A stretch of DNA of 63,979 nucleotides, counting the filler, from Basidiobolus ranarum (lineage: Eukaryota): the NCBI GenBank assembly GCA_040143965.1. It is 53 parts of 53 records of this genome, joined end to end, with 100 filler letters (N's around TTAATTAATTAA, not from the genome) between each part and the next. Parts side by side here need not be neighbours in the genome. Positions count along the whole stretch, not along the records: positions 24,253 to 25,363 come from JASJQH010013261.1; positions 25,464 to 26,573 come from JASJQH010013262.1; positions 26,674 to 27,783 come from JASJQH010013263.1; positions 27,884 to 28,993 come from JASJQH010013264.1; positions 29,094 to 30,202 come from JASJQH010013265.1; positions 30,303 to 31,411 come from JASJQH010013266.1; positions 31,512 to 32,620 come from JASJQH010013267.1; positions 32,721 to 33,829 come from JASJQH010013268.1; 45 more parts are not named here. The stretch is one strand, 5' to 3'. The translations under genes and the position numbers were made by a program. The first letter of the stretch is position 1. Each line of letters opens with the position of its first letter. Positions 24,253 to 35,649 of the stretch are shown in pieces. Under the pieces are notes generated by a model. That model was not told the origin of the DNA. It did not search any database and saw only the letters and a program-made list of their open reading frames with translations.

Positions 24253-25343
24253 AGATATTGATACAAACTTGTGTTGGGTATGAGCTAAACCTTGGGTGTG
24301 AAGAACTCTATAAAAATATTCAGGAGAATATATCAAAGACACTAAGGATTTTGAAGGTGAAAAATTAGGATTCAAGTGACAATTGTGTAAAATTTGAGTT
24401 ACTTTTTTGCACAAGCATTGATCCATAGTTTGCTGAGATTGTAGCCAATTATGCACAACTATTTTGCAAGATATTGAAAATTCACTCCTAAAACTGCTAA
24501 AATTGATTAAAATTATATCTAACTTTACAATTTTTTGACGGTAAGTAAACCATCAATCCTAAATGGATTAGAATTGTGACAGTTTTCCAACAATATCAAT
24601 CCTCAAATTTCTGTTAGGGTTTAATATCTGGCTATTTCTGCAAAAATTTAATTTTGAATGGCAAATTACTACATTTACTACTGTAGGAACTCAAATTTAT
24701 ATGCGTGCCTTCATTTAGATATCTTTTAATAGCGCAGACACTTGGCAAATAGCTGGCTCTTGTTACTACTAACAATGAGAAGAAGCTTGTTGAATTTGGC
24801 CAATTTCAATAAAGAATTCAGGCAAAATGTCCCCAAATTGCAGTCACCAAATGTCCTGCCACCATTAGATGTGTCCTGCTTGAATAGATTATCACATGGC
24901 TAAAATGAGAATAATGAGTACCTCAATTTATCCCATCAAGAAGTCTGTCTTGCAGCTTTCTAGAAATCATGCCATATTATCATAGAAACAAATTAGTCCA
25001 AATTATGGAGATACTTACTCTGTGTGAATGAATTAGGCTTTGTTGCTGTTATTCTGCTCAATCAATGCAAAAACCATGAGCACATTGAAAAGAGCTCTTT
25101 GTGGAAGGTTAATATATTCTGGAGTCTCCTTAATGCATTGCATTAAATTCATCACTGATTTTACTAATACATTGTATATCAGATTAGCATATGGTAGTAC
25201 TGATAATTTGACACAGAGCATTATTTCATCACATGTGTGCTTCATGAGGAGCTTAACAAATGTATAGCAAGGGCCTATAAACTCTGAGCATTGTGAAAGG
25301 TGTAGCAGGGAATTTATTGAATACTGGCATAGATTCAGTCTAT
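24253..25343. mobile_element. CMC terminus A (ends 24619) abutting the transposase C-terminus (-)
   Basis: CTGTTAGGG end; KHTCDEIMLCVKLSVLPYANL (DUF4218-like). Confidence 0.8.
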
Positions 25344-25463
25344 TTTCTTTAAACCTGTAACAANNNNNNNNNNNNNNNNNNNNNNNNNNNNNNNNNNNNN
25401 NNNNNNNTTAATTAATTAANNNNNNNNNNNNNNNNNNNNNNNNNNNNNNNNNNNNNNNNNNNN

Positions 25464-26161
25464 CGTGTAGAATGTGTTAAGGAAGGTCCCAGGAACATGT
25501 GTGCAAAGTTTGGGGCTTCTTTGAAAAATCTATATATTTGAGAACCTCTAAGTAAATTCCTTATGATAATCATGGATAATATCTTAGTGAATTATAAGAT
25601 AACTAAGTACTAAGCTATATATGACTATATAGGTGTTTAGGCAAAGCTAATTTCAACTGTTCAACCAGCTAGAAGAGTTGACGGTTTTCACTTATTGATT
25701 TATCGAGGTGAAAGTTGCCATTTATAGTTTTGTCAAGAAGTAGACATACAAGCATGTAGAATGTGTTAAAGAAAACCCCAGGAACATGTGTGCAAAGTTT
25801 GGGATTCCCAGTGTTAAACTATTTTGGGAGTTTGTTGGAGGTGGTTTGGAGGACTAGTAGAGTTGGTGGTTCTCACTCATTGATTTATTCAGTTGGAAGT
25901 TGACAGTGATAGTTTTGTCAAGATAAAGACAAAAAAACATGTAGAATGTGTTAAGGAAGGTCCCAGGAATAAGTGTGCAGCGTTTGGGGCTTATAGCACA
26001 AGTTTGAAAAATCAATATATCTGAGAACTTCTGAGTTGATAAAGATATTCCGAGTAAATTTCTCTTGAGAATAGTGAGTGATATCTCAGTGAAATATGAG
26101 ATAACTAGATACTAAGCTATATATGGCTATATAGGTGTTTGGGCTATGCTTATTTCAGCTG
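25464..26161 (-). repeat. Three nested LTR-A-family copies
   Basis: LTR-A sequence repeated at about 25464-25657, 25658-25811 and 25812-26161. Confidence 0.8.
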
Positions 26162-26379
26162 AAGACTGTTGGACTTGGAGCTGGATATATTGATTTCTCG
26201 GATGTACTTTACTTGAGAACTACCTACATTCCACTTGAGGGTGACCTTGTCATTGGCAGAAAATGTTGACTTGTTACTGGTGGCATGGGCAAGAGGAGCT
26301 ACTGACCAGCCACCACACTCATTAAGCGGCACAGCGGAGACTAATGAGGCTACAGCGATAAAAGAAAGGGTAACTGCAT
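26162..26379 (-). pseudogene. Secreted protein with CxGW-type Ig-like domain, frameshifted and truncated by an LTR
   Basis: TLSFIAVASLVSAVPLNECGGWSVAPL...KVTLKWNVGSSQVKYI; nearest ATG (26379) is one base out of frame; resembles the domains at 34156-34920. Confidence 0.6.
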
Positions 26380-26420
26380 ATAAATACCACCCAAATCGTT
26401 CCAGAGAAGTATACGAAATC

Positions 26421-26573
26421 ATGAAGTTCTCTAATTTATTCACTGCTATTTTTGCTTTTTCCGGAGTTGCTTTCTCCTTTGATGCTAATGTACTACTCGC
26501 TCTAGTTAACCAACAGCGTCAACTGGTCGGTGCTCCAGCCTTAACCATTGATCCAAGACCCACTTTGGCAGCT
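26421..26573 (+). CDS. Secreted CAP/SCP (PR-1-like) protein, N-terminus (partial)
   Basis: Signal peptide, then LLALVNQQRQLVGAPALTIDPR; TATAAATA at 26379-26386. Confidence 0.82.
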
Positions 26574-26673
26574 NNNNNNNNNNNNNNNNNNNNNNNNNNN
26601 NNNNNNNNNNNNNNNNNTTAATTAATTAANNNNNNNNNNNNNNNNNNNNNNNNNNNNNNNNNNNNNNNNNNNN

Positions 26674-27783
26674 AATTGTGCTTGAGCTTAAGGTTTGGTT
26701 CAGATATCAGCTATCATTTCTTCAGTAGGGCAATAGACAAGTTCAATTATATCATTCTCTATGGCTTCTCTAGCAAAATGATGCCTAATATCTTTATGTT
26801 TTGTTCTAGCATGAAATGTAGGGTTTTAGCTAATGAAATGCAACTTTGATTATCTTCAAATACAGTAATAGCACATTTTTGCATCTATCATAAGTCTGTA
26901 AATAACTTCCCTAACCACATAGCTTCTTGTGTAGTAGCAGAGGCAGCCATATACTCTGCTTCTGTAGTGGAAAGTGCTATGGTTGGTAGCTTCTTATTAT
27001 TGCAAGTTATGGCCCCATTACTATAGAGAAAAGTGTACCCAGTTGTAGATCTTCTATCATCAAGGTTTCTTCCCCAGTCTGCATCACCATAGCCTTCAAG
27101 AATTTGTGCATCAGGAGTGGCAGAGTATTCCAGAACTAGATCTACAGTTCCTCTCAAATATCTAAATATTTGTTTTACTGCAAATATGCACTCAGATCTT
27201 GGATTTTTGACATATTGACTGACAATTCCCACTGCCACAGCAATGTCTGGATGTGTTCCAACCATTGTTTACATTAAACTCCAACCATGGATTGATTAGG
27301 GAACTCCTGGCTTTGATTTGAATCATTTTGGGCATAATCAAAAGAAATTTTAATTAATTTCACATTGGGATCCATTGGTGTTGATACAAGCTTGCTATTC
27401 TCCATGTTGAAGCATTTTAGGATGTCTAGGATGTATCTAGATTGATTCAGCATGATTTTCTGATTGGGCTTATCTCTCTTGATTTGGATTCCAAGAAAAT
27501 AACTTAATTCACACATATCAGTCATCTGAAATTGATTTGGTAAGCTGCATTTTCTCTGTTTAAGTGCTTCTACATCATTTAAGGCTATGAATTGGCCATC
27601 CACATATAGTGCCAAGATAAGGATGCTATTTCCGGTTGTTTTGATGTAAATACTGTGATCTGCTGTGCATTTTTGGAATTCCAGAGATTCCAAATAGGTA
27701 TCTATCTTGTTGTACCATGCCCTGGGTGCTTGCTTGAGTCCATAGAGCAATTTTTGCAGTTTACAGACCATATCAGGATGTTT
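26674..27783 (-). mobile_element. Ty1/copia RT-RNase H, degraded
   Basis: LYGLKQAPRAW, LALYVD, DADW...DDRRSTTGY, ALSTTEAEY. Confidence 0.95.
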
Positions 27784-27883
27784 NNNNNNNNNNNNNNNNN
27801 NNNNNNNNNNNNNNNNNNNNNNNNNNNTTAATTAATTAANNNNNNNNNNNNNNNNNNNNNNNNNNNNNNNNNNNNNNNNNNNN

Positions 27884-28039
27884 GTATGAATACCATCAAA
27901 ATACCATCAAGAAACCACCATCACACCATCAAAATCCCTGGCAGAATGCAAGCCCCCAATATTCTGATGGTTCCCATATGGTTTTGCAATATAGAAGGGT
28001 GGATCCAATCTGGATCAATTTGATTTTTTTTTGTTAGGG
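27884..28039. mobile_element. CMC terminus B with CCATCA subterminal repeats
   Basis: Four ACCATCA copies, ends ...TTTTGTTAGGG; a second terminus B starts at 28910. Confidence 0.75.
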
Positions 28040-29093
28040 GATATGCTTACCCTGTATATACTGTGAGCATTAGTAACTCCTTGAAAGTAATGCTAATATT
28101 CTTTTAAAATATTTATTAACCATCACTGATATGTGTCTGATTCATAGGCTTTGTGAGCAGTTTTTTAGAGAATTTTAGAGGTCATTTTATACACACAAAC
28201 ACTAGCAAATCAAACACTGCTTATATTCTCTTCATGTGCTGCTCCATTGCACACAGTGCTTTGCAATGCAGGACCACACTTTGCTTTTGGAGAATTTACA
28301 ATGGAATATACATTAGGAGAAGCAGTATATGAGCCAAATCTGGCATGCTAACCTATGGAAACCACAGCAAGACTATCAAAGCAAATTTGGTCATAGACAA
28401 AATTTTTGGAACATCAAGACAATGAGCATCAGAATTTTGAGAATGGTTGATTTAGCTGTACTCATGGACTTTTATGGGTACTTGGCAATAAAAAACAAAG
28501 CTGTTACAAACACATGGACAATGGCTACTACTTTTCTGTATTTGTAGTTATGGTTCTAATTGTAAGATTAAACATTTGTTTTGAGTTGGGAGCAGTTAGG
28601 TTAATATATACACAGAGTTTTGCTAGGTAGATTGGAACTCTTAAATCTTGTATCTGTGGTCTTATACTATAATAGCTTTTGAAGATACTTGAATAGAACA
28701 GCTGGTATAGTAAGCAAATGGATGTTCTGGCTGATCACTCAACAGATATTTGCCAGACCTAAATGGTTTGCTTGCATCATGACAGAGCTATCAATGTAAA
28801 CTTTCAACTCATAAATCAATCAGTTAAAACTACCAGAATGCTGCATTAATTCCAATATTGCAGTGTTGTTGCTTTAATGGCCTAAATAGCAACTTTTTTG
28901 TATTTACTTCCCTAACAAATATGAAATCAATTTGCTTTGGATTGGCTCCACCCTTCTCAATTACAAAACCATTGGAGAACCATCACAATATTGNNNNNNN
29001 NNNNNNNNNNNNNNNNNNNNNNNNNNNNNNNNNNNNNTTAATTAATTAANNNNNNNNNNNNNNNNNNNNNNNNNNNNNNNNNNNNNNNNNNNN

Positions 29094-29540
29094 AGTAGTC
29101 TACCTTGTGGTTTGTGTTTTGTGGTTATTGCTTCTTCAACCACAGTGGAAGCTTCATCTCTTTTGACTGGCCATTGCCATGATCACATTCCAGTATTTGT
29201 TGGAGCAAGTCATATACCTTTAGGCTTGCATTTAGCAGTTTCTGCCTCTTCAACCGTGGTAGAAGTTTCATTTCTTTTGACTGGCTGCTGTGACCTCTGT
29301 TGCATGGTGGAATGTGTTGGAGCATATTTTCTACCTTGAAGTTTGTGTTTTACTGTTGTGGCTTCTTCAAGCCCAGTATGAACTTCACTATCTCTCTCAA
29401 ATACCCATTGTCTTGGTCTTGTGGGGGTATATGTTGTAATGGATTGCTGTCTTAGTAGATCACTCTCAGGTGTCAGATCTTCTTCCAACAAAGTGGAAGA
29501 TTCAATAATTCTTGCGGTTTGCCTTTGTTGCTATTGTGCG
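29094..29540 (-). repeat. Second copy of the 38-codon repeat ORF
   Basis: QQRSQQPVKRNETSTTVEEAETAKCKPKGI*LAPT..; same TGA position as the copy at 6070. Confidence 0.85.
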
Positions 29541-30302
29541 GTGTAGTGTGAGATAGGGGTGTTAACTTAAATATTCAGTAATAAAGCTTAATCCCACTAC
29601 AAGTCTCCAGCAAAGCTGAACTTTCTATACTGGAAGCTTAAAAATATTGATAGGAGATATATTCTTCACTCTATCTTTAAGGGTAAACACACACTTTCTC
29701 TAACTTGAAGTCTCAAGAAAAAGATATAGTTCTTTTGAGATTGGCAAAGACTTTGATTAAGAGTTGGATATATTCAATGGCAGTAATAGTGAAGATAACT
29801 ATGAAAGAATCTGTACTGCAATTTTCAATGGTCAAGCCTAGTTGAGTTGCAATAGGAATCTTTATTATCTTACTATGATACAGGATAAAATATCTAGTTA
29901 AGGAAAGGATAAAGAATATGGTGCAGTTTTGGATGGTGCTAAGGCTAGAAGCTTATTCAATAGGGGAAGGATTGCTTAATAAAGAAACAGCTTAGAATAA
30001 ATGCAATGAATTGGGAGCTGAGAAAAAATGCTATGAATTGGTGGCTGAGAATAAATGCTATGAGTGGGTGTCTTAGCATCAAGTGCCAATAGGATCACTA
30101 ACATAGTGGCTGAGGCCTTGACACTCCACACACATTAGCATCAAGTACTGTCGCAGCTCTGTGCAAAATTTGAAGAGAATTCAATGGCCGGTTCAAAAGT
30201 TANNNNNNNNNNNNNNNNNNNNNNNNNNNNNNNNNNNNNNNNNNNNTTAATTAATTAANNNNNNNNNNNNNNNNNNNNNNNNNNNNNNNNNNNNNNNNNN
30301 NN

Positions 30303-31411
30303 TTACATCTTGACAAAACTATAAATGTCAACTTTCTACTCAATAAATCAATAAGTTAAAGCCACCAATTCCTCTAATTCTCCAAACCACTTCCAACAGG
30401 CTCCTAAATACTTTAACAGGAAATACATCATAGTGGAAGTAAATAAGATTGCCAAGGATTAATTTGCACTATGCTGATATTGTTGAAATTAGCATTGGCT
30501 AAACACCTATATAGTCATATATAGCTTAGTATTTAGCTATCCTATACTTCACTAGGTCATTGCTAGTTGTTCTCAAGAGGAATTTGCTCCAAATATACTT
30601 ATAACTTAGAAGTTTGCAGATATATAGACTTTTCAAACTTGTTCTAGAAGTGCTAAACTTTGCACACATGCTCCTGGGACTTATTTTAACACATTCTGAG
30701 CATCAGCTTTAACAGGCTATGTGTTAAAGTATTTGGGAGCCTTTTGGATTTAGAGAAATTGGTGGTTTCCACTTATTGATTTTTTGACAAGAAAGTTGAC
30801 ATTTACAGTTTTGTCAAGATGTAAACAGACTAATGTGTAGAATGTGTTAAGAAAGGTCCCATGAAGATGAGTGCAAAGCTTAGGGCTTCTAGCAAAAGTT
30901 GGAAAAATCTTTATATCTAAGAACCTTTAGGTTGGAAAATATTCCAAGTAAATTCCAATTGAGAATGATGGATAATATCTTGATGAATTATGAGATAACT
31001 AAGTACTAAGCTATATATGACTATATAGGTGTTTAGGCAATGCTAATTTCAACACTCACCTTCAAATAAATGGTCATATCAACCTTTCCTAATAAAGGTC
31101 TTAATTTCTCAAATTTCTGTCTAGCTGATGGTTTAGTTAATATATCAGCAATCATGTCTTCGGTAGAACAATAAGTTAAGTCAGTAAGCATATTCTCTAC
31201 AGTCTTCCTAATGAAGTGATGTCTAATATCTATATGTTTGCTTCTATTATGAAATCTGGCATTTTTAGCTAATTTGAGGCAACTTTGATTATCTTGAAAT
31301 TGTTGAAGTTTATTGTCTTTATCATATATGTTATCCCTATCTTTATACACCTAACTATTTCATATATCACATATTAGTTAGTCAACATTATTTAGTCAAA
31401 TATCACTTAGC
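30303..31411. mobile_element. Nest of LTR-A copies; 3' LTR-A (30722-31054, -) with RNase H, interrupted by LTR-C at 31301
   Basis: FQDNQSCLKLAKNARFHNRSKHIDIRHHFIR...ADILTKP. Confidence 0.88.
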
Positions 31412-31513
31412 NNNNNNNNNNNNNNNNNNNNNNNNNNNNNNNNNNNNNNNNNNNNTTAATTAATTAANNNNNNNNNNNNNNNNNNNNNNNNNNNNNNNNN
31501 NNNNNNNNNNNTG

Positions 31514-31837
31514 GCGGCAGTGTATATTCTTCAGTTTTCGTATACATTCCCACCTATTCTTATGCTTGGATTCCAAATACAGCAAGATGCTATTGAGGGT
31601 GATGAGCCATTTAACGTAGCTACTGGAGAAATTCATCGTGTGGATACATGGCGTGATCTGTCACGTTGGCGCCGTGGTTTATCTCGTCATTGGTACGTTA
31701 AGCTATTCAACCTCCTTTTGTTTTGCGCCTCTCTTGTGACTGCCGGGCTTGGCACTTATTCTAGCGTGGTGGGAATTATTGATGGATTTAGCCGACAAGG
31801 AGCTGCCTCATCATTTGGATGTCGCGCTCCCGTTTAA
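31514..31837 (+). CDS. Amino acid/auxin permease (Aa_trans family), C-terminus (partial)
   Basis: ILQFSYTFPP...RVDTWRDLSRWRRG...TAGLGTYSS..IIDGF.....SFGC.APV, typical fungal AAAP ending. Confidence 0.8.
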   Translation, partial: AAVYILQFSYTFPPILMLGFQIQQDAIEGDEPFNVATGEIHRVDTWRDLSRWRRGLSRHWYVKLFNLLLFCASLVTAGLGTYSSVVGIIDGFSRQGAASSFGCRAPV

Positions 31838-32414
31838 ATTCGGTTTATTTCATATTTCGAGAAACAGAAGGCTAGGTGTGATTCTGTCATCTCGTTATTA
31901 ACGAAAGCAGGAAAATTAACCTGCCGTTATGTGAATGAAATTATTTTATTAAAGCTTTTGGCTTATTTATAAATTAAGTCTCTTCACCTAAAAATCGTGG
32001 CATCTTGACTTATAAATAATCTAATGCCTTGGCAGTTAAGTAGTTTGATAGTGAGGCAAGGCAATGCATTAGTCAACATTCATATATCCCAGAATTCGGT
32101 CAATCGGGATACTGCTGTTTACAGAACAAAGACAAGGCCGCATCGAAAAATAGCGTGGTTGAAATTGGATGCAGTATTCACTCAAAAATTGGTTCGTAAC
32201 AAAAGGTTCAGACTCGCGTATTTCTATATGAATGTAAAATGCGTAGTATTTTGTTCTTCATTGTTTTGTGAATTCTAATCCATTTTTATATATACTGAAT
32301 GTTAACCCCAACTTTGTGTATATCACTTGGAGTGGTAAAAAGATTACTTTATGTTTGTTGTACTATTAACTTCATTAGAGCGTACAGTTACTGCTTAGAT
32401 AAAACATATTCAAA

Positions 32415-32618
32415 TTAGAAGGCAGACTGATTCAACTTGAGTTTTTGTAACGAAGCTTCAATTTGGGGTGCTTTGACTTCGGCTTCAGTGGTACTATTCG
32501 GATTAAAATATGGTCTCTCGCCTACCACTATCACACACTCACCATATCTAAGGTATGGATAGTAGTCAAAGGTGGCATTATGTTGGGTACTGCGATTATC
32601 CCAAATTGCAACCGAATT
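32415..32618 (-). CDS. TauD/Jlp1-like 2-oxoglutarate-dependent sulfonate dioxygenase, C-terminus (absent from ORF track)
   Basis: Manual translation NSVAIWDNRSTQHNATFDYYPYLRYGECVIVVGERPYFNP...; WDNR..QH.A..DY motif. Confidence 0.88.
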   Translation of the reverse strand, partial: NSVAIWDNRSTQHNATFDYYPYLRYGECVIVVGERPYFNPNSTTEAEVKAPQIEASLQKLKLNQSAF

Positions 32619-32720
32619 AGNNNNNNNNNNNNNNNNNNNNNNNNNNNNNNNNNNNNNNNNNNNNTTAATTAATTAANNNNNNNNNNNNNNNNNNNNNNNN
32701 NNNNNNNNNNNNNNNNNNNN

Positions 32721-33644
32721 GTTTACCAAGACCAGATTTTTCGTATACCATATCAACAGCTACCATGGAATTTAAGAAGTCTTCTCCATTAACACCGCTA
32801 TCTTCATCAACCATAGTCCAGAAGGGGTCACTAGTATCTTGGAGAATTCTTCGTACAAAAACTTCAAGCTGATACCGATAAGTACTGTACCAATCAACTT
32901 GCTCAGTCTGACTTGGAAACTTGTAGAACGACTCTTTTATAACTTTTCCGCTTTCAAGTTCTGTAATAGTTAATGTATTACCATAATGGGGAAGCACATA
33001 ACCTTTCAAAGCTAAACAATGCGATTCGGTGTTGATCGTTACTTCTTGAACCTCTTCTTCGAGGCCTTCCTTGCTTAGTGCGCACTTTATGCCTGCCGTC
33101 TTGCCCTTACCAAAATCGAGGGTAGCTTCGAGTTCATTATCGACTTTCTCATGGCTACCTGGCAACGGTGTGGCTTTAGCACTTAAGCAGGTGACAGGCT
33201 CTGCGCCAAGAAAATATCTAGCTGCAGATAATACGTAGCCCAAGTCCATCAAAGCTCCACCAGCTAATTCATAACTATAACGAAAATCTGTTGGCTGACA
33301 AATACCTGGTACAAGAAGAAAATTTGCCTCAACGTGTTTAGCAGTACTATACTTTTTTGAAGCTAATAAAGCTCGTACAAGTTGCATGCAAGGATGAAAA
33401 CGGTTATGAAACGCCTCTAGAAGAACCGGGGAATACCCCATTCCTGTGCATATATAGTCGCCCTATTTATGTCATTAGCAGCAATACCAGCGATAATTAC
33501 TGAAGACATTGACATTGCTGGTCGTATTATGGCATTTGGAGCAATGGGGGACGCACTTAGAAGGCCAATACGGAGTGAATCAGAAGCTTTCGGGCATTGT
33601 GGTGGGTTATTGACACGTCGGCAACGCTCTTCGTCAGTCATCAT
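32721..33644 (-). pseudogene. Gfo/Idh/MocA-family oxidoreductase with internal deletion and frameshift
   Basis: RIGLLSASPIAPNAIIRPA..YAQEWGIP joined out of frame to VLLEAFHNRFHP..LAGGALMDLGY; the GKHVLxEKP segment is absent. Confidence 0.85.
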
Positions 33645-33930
33645 AAAGTCAATAAACTAGGAATAAACTGTGGACAAAAGCCAAGCATCTCACCGACATT
33701 ATTAATGTTGAAATTGAATTTAAACCCCGATCACTGTTTCTGAATTCAATTACTAGATTTACGTTACCAATAGCAAGTACTTCGAACAGCACGAGGTTAA
33801 CTATATTGCCAACGATTGACAGCTATCTTNNNNNNNNNNNNNNNNNNNNNNNNNNNNNNNNNNNNNNNNNNNNTTAATTAATTAANNNNNNNNNNNNNNN
33901 NNNNNNNNNNNNNNNNNNNNNNNNNNNNNT

Positions 33931-34920
33931 GTCTTTAAATCCAATCAATTCCAACTCCATCAAAGCAACCCCAATCCCAGCCCACCACCTACCTCAACTA
34001 CCGGTAAACCCACTACTAAACCTACTACCAAGCCCACCACTAAACCTACTACCAAGCCCACCACTAAACCTACTACCAAGCCTACCACTAAACCTACTAC
34101 CAAGCCCACCACCAAACCTACTCCTACTCCTACCCCTACTCCAGATCCCGAGCATGATGACTGCAAAGGCTGGCGTCTAACTTCCCCTCCGAATATTCCA
34201 GGGATCAACTATAATGCTGGAAGCGGTCAAGTTATTTCTTGGGATACAGGGGCTTCTAAGTTACAAACCATTGACACTGTTGCCATCGTTAAGAATGACA
34301 ATACTGTGGATCAGGTCTTTGTTAATCCCAATGAACCAGCTGGTACTTGGGGCTATATCGATCTCAAGATCCCTGATGTTCCCGCGGGTGACTATCACTA
34401 CCAAGTAATTGGTACTACTAATAAGGGCAAGAAATGCACCCTGAACTCAAATCCATTCCATGTTGCTAACCTCCACCCCAAGCCCTCACCTAGTCCCAGT
34501 CCCAGCCCATCACCTAGTCCCAGCCCCAGCCCATCACCTAGTCCCAGCCCCAGTCCATCACCTAGTCCCAGCCCCAGCCCCAGTCCCTCACCTTCTCCAT
34601 CAGAATGCAATGGGTGGCGTCTTACTGCACCACCTCTGATTCCCGGTCTCACCTGGAACACTGGCACTGGCCAAAGCTTATCTTGGGATACTGGTGTGTC
34701 CAAAGTTCACACCATCAATAGTGTGGCTTTAGTGAAGAATGATGGTAGCTACAAGAAGGTCTTCACTCGCCCTAATAAACCAGCTGATACTTGGGGCTCT
34801 GTTGAGTTTACCCTCCCACGTATTCCAAGCGGTGATTATCACTATGAGGTGATCTCCACTACTCAAAGTGGAACAGAATGCCACGCAGACTCTAATCCCT
34901 TCCATATCAATAAGGTGTAA
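33931..34920 (+). CDS. Modular, probably secreted or cell-surface protein: at least 3 Ig-like CxGW domains with (PTTK)9 and about (PS)20 linkers (5' partial)
   Basis: 330-codon open frame; two full paralogous domains (C.GWRLT.PP.IPG..SWDTG.SK..TI..GDYHY.VI..C..SNPFH) plus the tail of a third (VFKSNQF). Confidence 0.88.
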   Translation, partial: VFKSNQFQLHQSNPNPSPPPTSTTGKPTTKPTTKPTTKPTTKPTTKPTTKPTTKPTTKPTTKPTPTPTPTPDPEHDDCKGWRLTSPPNIPGINYNAGSGQVISWDTGASKLQTIDTVAIVKNDNTVDQVFVNPNEPAGTWGYIDLKIPDVPAGDYHYQVIGTTNKGKKCTLNSNPFHVANLHPKPSPSPSPSPSPSPSPSPSPSPSPSPSPSPSPSPSPSPSPSECNGWRLTAPPLIPGLTWNTGTGQSLSWDTGVSKVHTINSVALVKNDGSYKKVFTRPNKPADTWGSVEFTLPRIPSGDYHYEVISTTQSGTECHADSNPFHINKV

Positions 34921-35138
34921 GCAACAACAGCAGCAGCAGCAGCAAATATAGATGTATCGAACACATACACCCACCATCAACATATCCCATTAGCATATAA
35001 TACCTTGTTTTTTTATTGAGATTGTTACCATCAACATANNNNNNNNNNNNNNNNNNNNNNNNNNNNNNNNNNNNNNNNNNNNTTAATTAATTAANNNNNN
35101 NNNNNNNNNNNNNNNNNNNNNNNNNNNNNNNNNNNNNN

Positions 35139-35639
35139 AGGAATATCTCTATATCTATATAACAAGTATGTCTTATTACCCCCACTTATCTATTATATCT
35201 TATTACACAAACTCCTGAATATATCAAACAATTGATTTACTTTTCTACTGTATAAGTCACCATATACTCTTAAGAATAAAGTAACCAAAATGCACTATCA
35301 TAAGTTGCTTTTAATACACAAAGTCTACCCCCATTATGTCAAGATCCTCCAACACTTGGTCAAATATCACTTAACTGAAAACCAGAACATATACTATATA
35401 TATGTGAATAATGTGAGAATTAGCAATTCCATATTGAAAATTTCATCCTTGTCCAAATTGCCCCAACTATAGTTCATTTTACTCCCACAGATGTTGTGAA
35501 CATAATCCAGTGTTAATTTTCTGTATTTCCATCAAAATGTATAAATGCTTTCTTTCTGGACAATAAGTAATTATGTCACAAAGCTATTCACAACTCCACT
35601 TCTCTAAAGTTCCTCTAATCAGCCCATATTTTCCCAATA
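35139..35639 (+). repeat. LTR-B 3' part (to 35354) nested in LTR-C
   Basis: Matches 12540-12756, then the LTR-C 3' two-thirds. Confidence 0.8.
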
Positions 35640-35649
35640 AATCTGATGG

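Noticed and set aside
28040..28909. 870 bp between two CMC termini, considered as captured cargo or a tyrosine-recombinase remnant
   Set aside because: The ends belong to separate flanking insertions, and the sequence is too degraded for any motif call
33960..34983. (GLVV)n, (GL)n and poly-Cys ORFs on the minus strand
   Set aside because: Antisense readings of the PTTK and PS linkers and of a short CAG/CAA tract in the 3' UTR
31512..35038. Apparent gene cluster of permease, TauD, oxidoreductase and surface protein
   Set aside because: It spans three contigs ordered only by length; only the permease-TauD pair shares a contig
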